Positions 58,507 to 64,000 of a stretch of 64,000 nt of DNA are shown here, one piece after another. The DNA comes from Pelagibacteraceae bacterium AG-414-M23 (GTDB lineage: Bacteria; Pseudomonadota; Alphaproteobacteria; Pelagibacterales; Pelagibacteraceae). How positions within the stretch are numbered: the first letter of the stretch is position 1; every line of letters begins with the position of its first letter. The notes under the pieces were generated by a model. The model was not told where the DNA came from. It made no database searches and saw only the letters and a program-made list of their open reading frames with translations. A program made the position numbers and the translations under genes. The DNA is taken from contig QCLN01000002.1 of the NCBI GenBank assembly GCA_003214525.1, positions 17,200-81,199 of the forward strand. Reading direction: 5' to 3'.

Positions 58507-61239
58507 ATGAGTAAAGAAAATCTGAATTTACCCAAAACAACTTTTTCTATGAAGGCAAATCTACCTTCAAAAGAGCCTGCTCTTTTAGAATATTGGGATA
58601 AAATAAATTTATACAAAAAATTAAGAGAATCTACAAAAGGTAAAGAAAAATTCGTTCTTCATGATGGACCACCATATGCCAATGGAAATATTCATATGGG
58701 TACTGCGTTAAATAAAATACTTAAGGATATTATTATTAAGTTCCATCAAATGAATGGAAAAGACTCAGTCTACATACCGGGCTGGGATTGTCATGGGCTA
58801 CCAATAGAGTGGAAAATTGAAGAGCAATATAAAAAAAATAAAAAAAATAAAAATGAAGTACCAATTATTGAATTTAGAAAAGAATGTAGAGAATTTGCAA
58901 ATAAATGGATCAAGGTTCATAAAGATCAATTTAAAAGATTGGGTGTTGTTGGAGATTGGGAAAATTATTATTCGACCATGAGCTTTGATGCCGAGGCTCA
59001 AATAGTTCGAGAACTTGGAAAATTTTTAAAAGAAGGAAGTCTTTACAAGGGATATAAACCAGTTCTTTGGTCGACAGTAGAGAAAACCGCACTATCTGAT
59101 GCTGAAGTAGAGTATATGGACCATACTTCAGATACAATCTATACATCTTTTTTGATTAAGAAAACTAATTTAAATGAATTAAATAATTGCGAAATAGTTA
59201 TATGGACCACAACACCCTGGACAATTCCAGCAAATAAAGCTCTGGCTTACAATCAAAATTTAAAATATTTAATTTTACAATTACAAGATAACAATGATTT
59301 TAAAAACAAAAAAATAGTAATTGCAAAAGATTTATTAGATTCAGTAGTAAAAGATTGCAATATAGAAAATTATAAAATTATAAAAGAAATTAAAGGCAAA
59401 GAATTTTTGGGAACCGTTTGTCAACATCCTTTTTTTAGCATTGGTTATGAATATGATATTCCAATGTTGGAAGCCAGATTTGTAACAACAGAACAGGGCA
59501 CAGGAATAGTTCATTGTGCACCCAGCCATGGCCCAGATGATTTTAATTTGTGTTTAAATAATGGAATGAAGGCATTGGAAACAGTTGATGATGATGGAAA
59601 ATATACAAAACACATTCCAGTCTTTGAAGGTACACATATTTTTAAAGCTAATCCAATAGTTATAGAAAAACTGAAAGAACTTGGTAAACTTTTAGCTAGC
59701 GGTAAATTAAATCATTCATATCCACATTCATGGAGATCTAAAGCTCCTCTAGTTCATAGAGCCACCCAGCAATGGTTTATTTCAATGGAAAGTCATGGAT
59801 TAAGAAAAAAAGCTTTAAAAGCAATTGAAGATACAAAGTTTTATCCTAGTAAAGGAAAAGAAAGATTAAAATCTATGATAGAAACAAGACCTGATTGGTG
59901 CGTTTCAAGACAAAGAGTCTGGGGAGTGCCTCTTCCAATTTTTATTTCAAAAAAAACACATGAAATTTTAGTAGACGATGAAGTTTTTAATAATATTGCA
60001 AAAATCTATGAAAAAGAAGGATCGGACTGTTGGTTTTCGGACGATCCTCAAAGATTTTTAGGAAAAAAATATAATGCTAATAATTATGAAAAATTAAGTG
60101 ACATTGTTGAAGTATGGTTTGATAGCGGGTCCACACATTCTTACGTTCTTGAAACAAGAAAAGATTTAAAATGGCCTGCATCTATGTATCTTGAAGGATC
60201 CGACCAACACAGAGGATGGTTTCATTCTTCATTGTTGGAATCGTGTGGCACTAGAGGTAGAGCGCCATTTGAAACTATATTGTCCCATGGTTTTGTTGTT
60301 GATGGAAAAGGATTAAAAATGTCAAAATCTCTTGGAAATATTATAGCACCTGAAGATATATTAAAAAAATATGGAGCCGATATTTTAAGAGTGTGGGTGG
60401 CAGCAGCTGATTATTCGGAAGATTTAAGAATAGATAATTCAATTTTAGAACAACATGCAGAGTCATATAGAAAAATAAGAAATACATTCAGATATATTTT
60501 GGGAAATTTAAATGATAATTTTACTGAAACTGATTTTGAAAAAATAAACCCAAGTACGCTTCCCGAGCTAGAGCAGTATATGCTTCATAAGATTTATTTA
60601 TTAAATGAAGAATTTAAAAAAAATTTTAATTCTTATACATTCCACAATCTGTACAAGGAGTTATTGAATTTCTGCACAGTCGATCTTTCGGCATTTTATT
60701 TTGACATAAGGAAAGACACTCTTTATTGTGACACAATAAACTCAAACAAGAGAAAGGATTGTATTAAATTATTAAACATAATTCTCAAAAGTTTATTGAC
60801 ATGGTTTGCTCCTATTTTGTCTTTTACAACCGAGGAAATCTTTAAGCTGATAAACAAAGAAGAAAATAACAGTATTCATTTAAAAAAATTTGTAAATATT
60901 CCCAAAAGCTGGAAAAATGAAAAACTCAACGAGAGATGGAAAAAATTAATTAAAATCAGAGATTGCTCAAACATAAGCATTGAAAATAAAAGAGCAGAAA
61001 AAATAATTGGCTCGAGTTTAGAAGCCACAATTAAAATAAAACTTAAAAAAGAATTGTACGAGCTGGCTAAAGATTTTGATTTTGCTGAATTATGTATTAC
61101 ATCTGGAGCTGAATTAAGCAACGAAGATAGTTTAAGTGACGAAGTGTTAGTAGAAGCATTTAAGGCAGAAGGAAAAAAATGCAATGTATGTTGGAAAATT
61201 TCCAAAGACAAATGTGAGAGGCATGGAAATATTCAATAG
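58507..61239 (+). CDS. ileS: Isoleucine--tRNA ligase (type 1)
   Basis: DGPPYANG.IHMG, GWDCHGLP, WTTTPWT, GTG.VH, EGSDQHRGWF, KMSKS. Confidence 0.98.
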   Translation: MSKENLNLPKTTFSMKANLPSKEPALLEYWDKINLYKKLRESTKGKEKFVLHDGPPYANGNIHMGTALNKILKDIIIKFHQMNGKDSVYIPGWDCHGLPIEWKIEEQYKKNKKNKNEVPIIEFRKECREFANKWIKVHKDQFKRLGVVGDWENYYSTMSFDAEAQIVRELGKFLKEGSLYKGYKPVLWSTVEKTALSDAEVEYMDHTSDTIYTSFLIKKTNLNELNNCEIVIWTTTPWTIPANKALAYNQNLKYLILQLQDNNDFKNKKIVIAKDLLDSVVKDCNIENYKIIKEIKGKEFLGTVCQHPFFSIGYEYDIPMLEARFVTTEQGTGIVHCAPSHGPDDFNLCLNNGMKALETVDDDGKYTKHIPVFEGTHIFKANPIVIEKLKELGKLLASGKLNHSYPHSWRSKAPLVHRATQQWFISMESHGLRKKALKAIEDTKFYPSKGKERLKSMIETRPDWCVSRQRVWGVPLPIFISKKTHEILVDDEVFNNIAKIYEKEGSDCWFSDDPQRFLGKKYNANNYEKLSDIVEVWFDSGSTHSYVLETRKDLKWPASMYLEGSDQHRGWFHSSLLESCGTRGRAPFETILSHGFVVDGKGLKMSKSLGNIIAPEDILKKYGADILRVWVAAADYSEDLRIDNSILEQHAESYRKIRNTFRYILGNLNDNFTETDFEKINPSTLPELEQYMLHKIYLLNEEFKKNFNSYTFHNLYKELLNFCTVDLSAFYFDIRKDTLYCDTINSNKRKDCIKLLNIILKSLLTWFAPILSFTTEEIFKLINKEENNSIHLKKFVNIPKSWKNEKLNERWKKLIKIRDCSNISIENKRAEKIIGSSLEATIKIKLKKELYELAKDFDFAELCITSGAELSNEDSLSDEVLVEAFKAEGKKCNVCWKISKDKCERHGNIQ

Positions 61240-61241
61240 CA

Positions 61242-61730
61242 ATGAATCAAATTTTAAATAGAAAAATCATCTTTTATTTTTTAATAATATTTGTAATTTT
61301 TATATTAGATAGAATATCAAAAATTTATGTTATTAATATTGCCGAAACAACTGGCTCTGTAGATATATCCATCAATAATTTTTTAAATATAATTTTAGTT
61401 TGGAATTCTGGAATCGGTTTTGGACTATTACAATTTGATGAAAGGTTTGCCTACAACTTAATAACCATTTTAATTTTGATAATCAATTTTGTAATCATTT
61501 ACTTATTATTAAATGCAGAAAAATTTCATAAGATCTTATTTGCAATGATTCTTGGAGGATCTTTTGGTAATTTATATGATAGGATTTATTATTCTGCAGT
61601 ACCTGATTTTATTGACTTAAATTATAACGGTTATCACTGGTTTGTTTTTAACGTTGCTGATATATTTATTTCAATAGGAATATTTGCATTAATATTCCAT
61701 GAAATATTTAGAAAAAAAAATGAAAAATAA
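61242..61730 (+). CDS. lspA: Signal peptidase II
   Basis: D..SK, N.G..FG, GG..GNLYDR, V.DFI, FNVAD. Confidence 0.95.
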   Translation: MNQILNRKIIFYFLIIFVIFILDRISKIYVINIAETTGSVDISINNFLNIILVWNSGIGFGLLQFDERFAYNLITILILIINFVIIYLLLNAEKFHKILFAMILGGSFGNLYDRIYYSAVPDFIDLNYNGYHWFVFNVADIFISIGIFALIFHEIFRKKNEK

Positions 61731-62013
61731 ATTTTTAACATTCATATTATTGCTTTTTTTAGTTTCTTCGTGTTCAGGATTTGGAACAAAAAGATCAGAT
61801 AAATCTGATGAATTTTTAATTGAAAAAAAAAATCCATTAGTGATGCCGCCAGATATAGACGATTTGCCAAAACCTAAAGAAGAAACAAAAGTTGAAGTAG
61901 AAGGCAGCAATTTTGAAGAAAGTTTAAAGTCAAATAATTTAGAAACTCAAAATTCTAACCAAGATGAATCTACTACACTTCAAGAGTCTATAATTAAAAA
62001 AATAGAACAATAA
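61720..62013 (+). CDS. DUF3035-like lipoprotein
   Basis: Lipobox VSSC; DEF.I....PLVMPPD...LP.P; position after lspA is typical for alphaproteobacteria. Confidence 0.75.
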   Translation: MKNKFLTFILLLFLVSSCSGFGTKRSDKSDEFLIEKKNPLVMPPDIDDLPKPKEETKVEVEGSNFEESLKSNNLETQNSNQDESTTLQESIIKKIEQ

Positions 62014-63173
62014 TGGATTCAAATTTAATAATTAAAAAATTTGATAGTAAATTAAAATTAAAAGAACAAAAAAAATTGTTAGATTATTTAAAGAAAATTA
62101 ACAATTTAGAATGGCCAGAGTTTGTTAAAACTTATAAAAAAAATTATAATTATAGTTATGATAAAAAATTTATTAAAAAATATAATCATATAAATAATAT
62201 TAATATTATAGGTATGGGTGGATCCTCTTTAGGTTCTAAGGCAATCTATAATTTTCTAATTCATAAAATAAAAAAAAAATTAATTTTTTCAGAAAATCTT
62301 AATTTTAAAAAAAAAAATAAAAAAAAAAGTTTAAATATAATAATATCTAAATCAGGCAATACACTAGAAACAATTGTAAATTTTAATTCTCAATTTAAAA
62401 AAAAAGATAAAAATATTTTTATTACTGAGAAATCTAATAATTATTTAGAAAAATTAGCAAACAAATTAAAATCAGATGTGGTAGAGCATAAAAATTTTAT
62501 TGGCGGAAGATTTTCAGTTTTATCAGAAGTTGGAATGTTGCCCGCAGAACTTATGGGTTTGAAAGAAGGTCAATTTAAGCAATTTAATAATTTAATAACG
62601 AAAAAGAAATTTTTAAAAAATTTAGTAAACAATGTGTTGAGCACTTACCAATTTGTAAAAACAAAAAAATTTAACTCAGTTATTTTAAATTATGATGCAA
62701 ATTCTGAAGATTTTTTTAAATGGTATCAACAACTTGTTTCAGAAAGTTTAGGAAAAAATTCTAAAGGTATTTTTCCAATTATCTCTACTATGCCAAAAGA
62801 TAATCATAGTATGCTTCAATTGTATTTAAGTGGTTTTAAATCAAATTTTTATACCTTTTTTATAGTTGAAGAAAAAAATAGTGCAAAATTAAATCCAAAT
62901 TTATTAACTAATAATTTAAATTTTTTAAAACAAAAAAATATTTTCCAAATTTTGGACTCTCAACGTATTGCCACACAAAATATATTCAGATTAAAAAAAA
63001 TACCCTTCAGATCTTTTTATATAAAAAAAAGAAATGAAAAAACTTTAGGCGAATTATTTTGTTTTTTTACGTTAGAGGTAATTTTATTATCACATTTATT
63101 AAAAGTTAATCCTTTAGATCAGCCAGAAGTAGAGCTAATAAAAAAGGAGACGTTTAAAATTCTCAAAAAATAA
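62013..63173 (+). CDS. pgi: Glucose-6-phosphate isomerase, compact form
   Basis: GMGGSSLG, SKSGNTLET, GGRFSVLS, QL..ESLGK, D.HS..Q, NP.DQP.VE..K. Confidence 0.85.
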   Translation: MDSNLIIKKFDSKLKLKEQKKLLDYLKKINNLEWPEFVKTYKKNYNYSYDKKFIKKYNHINNINIIGMGGSSLGSKAIYNFLIHKIKKKLIFSENLNFKKKNKKKSLNIIISKSGNTLETIVNFNSQFKKKDKNIFITEKSNNYLEKLANKLKSDVVEHKNFIGGRFSVLSEVGMLPAELMGLKEGQFKQFNNLITKKKFLKNLVNNVLSTYQFVKTKKFNSVILNYDANSEDFFKWYQQLVSESLGKNSKGIFPIISTMPKDNHSMLQLYLSGFKSNFYTFFIVEEKNSAKLNPNLLTNNLNFLKQKNIFQILDSQRIATQNIFRLKKIPFRSFYIKKRNEKTLGELFCFFTLEVILLSHLLKVNPLDQPEVELIKKETFKILKK

Positions 63174-63729
63174 AAAAACCAAAAATTATTTTTGATGATC
63201 CATAAATTTCTTCTCTTACAGTTTTAAATTTTATATTGAGATTATCTTTTGTTTTTTTATGTCTGTGTATTATTATTAAAGTTTTTGGTTTTAAGATTTT
63301 AGCATTAGCCAAATTATCTAAAATAAGTTTTGTATTACTATCTTTAAATGGAGGATCCAAAAAAACTATATCAAATTTAGAATTTAATTTTTTGAAAATA
63401 TTTTGATTATAAATATTTTTATTAATTATCTCAGCTTGTTTATTAAATGATAGTATATTAATATTTTTGATTAGGAGTTCTATTGCAGGTTTATAATCTT
63501 CAAAAAAAATGACTTTTTTTGCACCTCTTGAAATCGCTTCCAGACCAAATGAACCAACTCCTGAAAAGAGATCTAAAATAATTGATTGTTCAAATTTTGA
63601 GCCTAATAAATTTGAATGGATAATTATGTTAAAAATTGACTCTCTTACCATGTCTTTGAGGGGTCTTGTTTTTTTATTAACTGGTGTAAAAATCTTTTTT
63701 CCTTTGGCTGTACCTGAAATTATTCTCAT
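63163..63729 (-). CDS. rsmD: 16S rRNA m2G966 methyltransferase
   Basis: MRIISG..KG, TRP, RESIFN, DLFSG.GSFGLEA.SRGA, DPPF, YG. Confidence 0.92.
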   Translation of the reverse strand: MRIISGTAKGKKIFTPVNKKTRPLKDMVRESIFNIIIHSNLLGSKFEQSIILDLFSGVGSFGLEAISRGAKKVIFFEDYKPAIELLIKNINILSFNKQAEIINKNIYNQNIFKKLNSKFDIVFLDPPFKDSNTKLILDNLANAKILKPKTLIIIHRHKKTKDNLNIKFKTVREEIYGSSKIIFGFFIF

Positions 63730-63998
63730 TAATTGTCTATAACTTTATATCCTATATCTCTTCTATAATGCCCATTTTGCCAGTTTATAATTTTTATTAT
63801 ACTCAAAGCACTTTCCCGTGCTAATTTTAAATTTTCATTTATTGAAACAAAATTTAAAACCCTACCTCCATTTGAGAAAAATTTTCTTTTTTCAAATTTT
63901 GTTCCAGCATGAAAAATATATTGATCTTCTATATTTGTTGTATTTTCTAAGTTATTAATTAAAATATTTTTTTCAAATTGATCAGGATATCCCTTAGA
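63729..63998 (-). CDS. purD: Phosphoribosylamine--glycine ligase, C-terminal part (5' end outside the window; not in the ORF track)
   Basis: Manual translation gives SKGYP...IFHAGT...SNGGRVL...YRRDIG...*; TAATG overlap with rsmD. Confidence 0.88.
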   Translation of the reverse strand, partial: SKGYPDQFEKNILINNLENTTNIEDQYIFHAGTKFEKRKFFSNGGRVLNFVSINENLKLARESALSIIKIINWQNGHYRRDIGYKVIDN

Positions 63999-64000
63999 TG

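Overview
This is a very AT-rich, gene-dense alphaproteobacterial chromosome segment. Intergenic spacers are tiny and many genes overlap at ATGA/TAATG/TGATG. Gene content and streamlining (class I LysRS, ChvI/ChvG, RegA, DUF1476 zeta subunit, DUF3035) strongly suggest SAR11/Pelagibacterales, inferred from gene content and style rather than from a search. Most of it is housekeeping: hisC, tyrA, lysS, pyrD, rpmB, polA, ahcY, gpmA, groESL, ribF-ileS-lspA, pgi, rsmD, purD. The notable modules are: (1) an about 12.5 kb purine uptake and catabolism cluster (31439-43929), whose urate hydroxylase PuuD lacks its C-terminal cytochrome c domain while a free-standing cytochrome c gene borders the cluster; (2) a decarboxylase / deoxyhypusine-synthase-like / ureohydrolase polyamine operon with a hairpin plus U-tract in its leader; (3) an msrA-sseA-adaptor-RND operon whose periplasmic adaptor appears to lack the TolC-binding alpha-helical hairpin; (4) peptidoglycan-recycling genes; (5) a proteostasis neighbourhood with sigma32-like promoters and a ROSE-like thermometer; (6) an unknown protein with a histone-H1-like basic tail and a long charged helix. 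I saw no tRNA, rRNA, CRISPR array or mobile element. All protein assignments come from motif recognition by eye; no database search was run.
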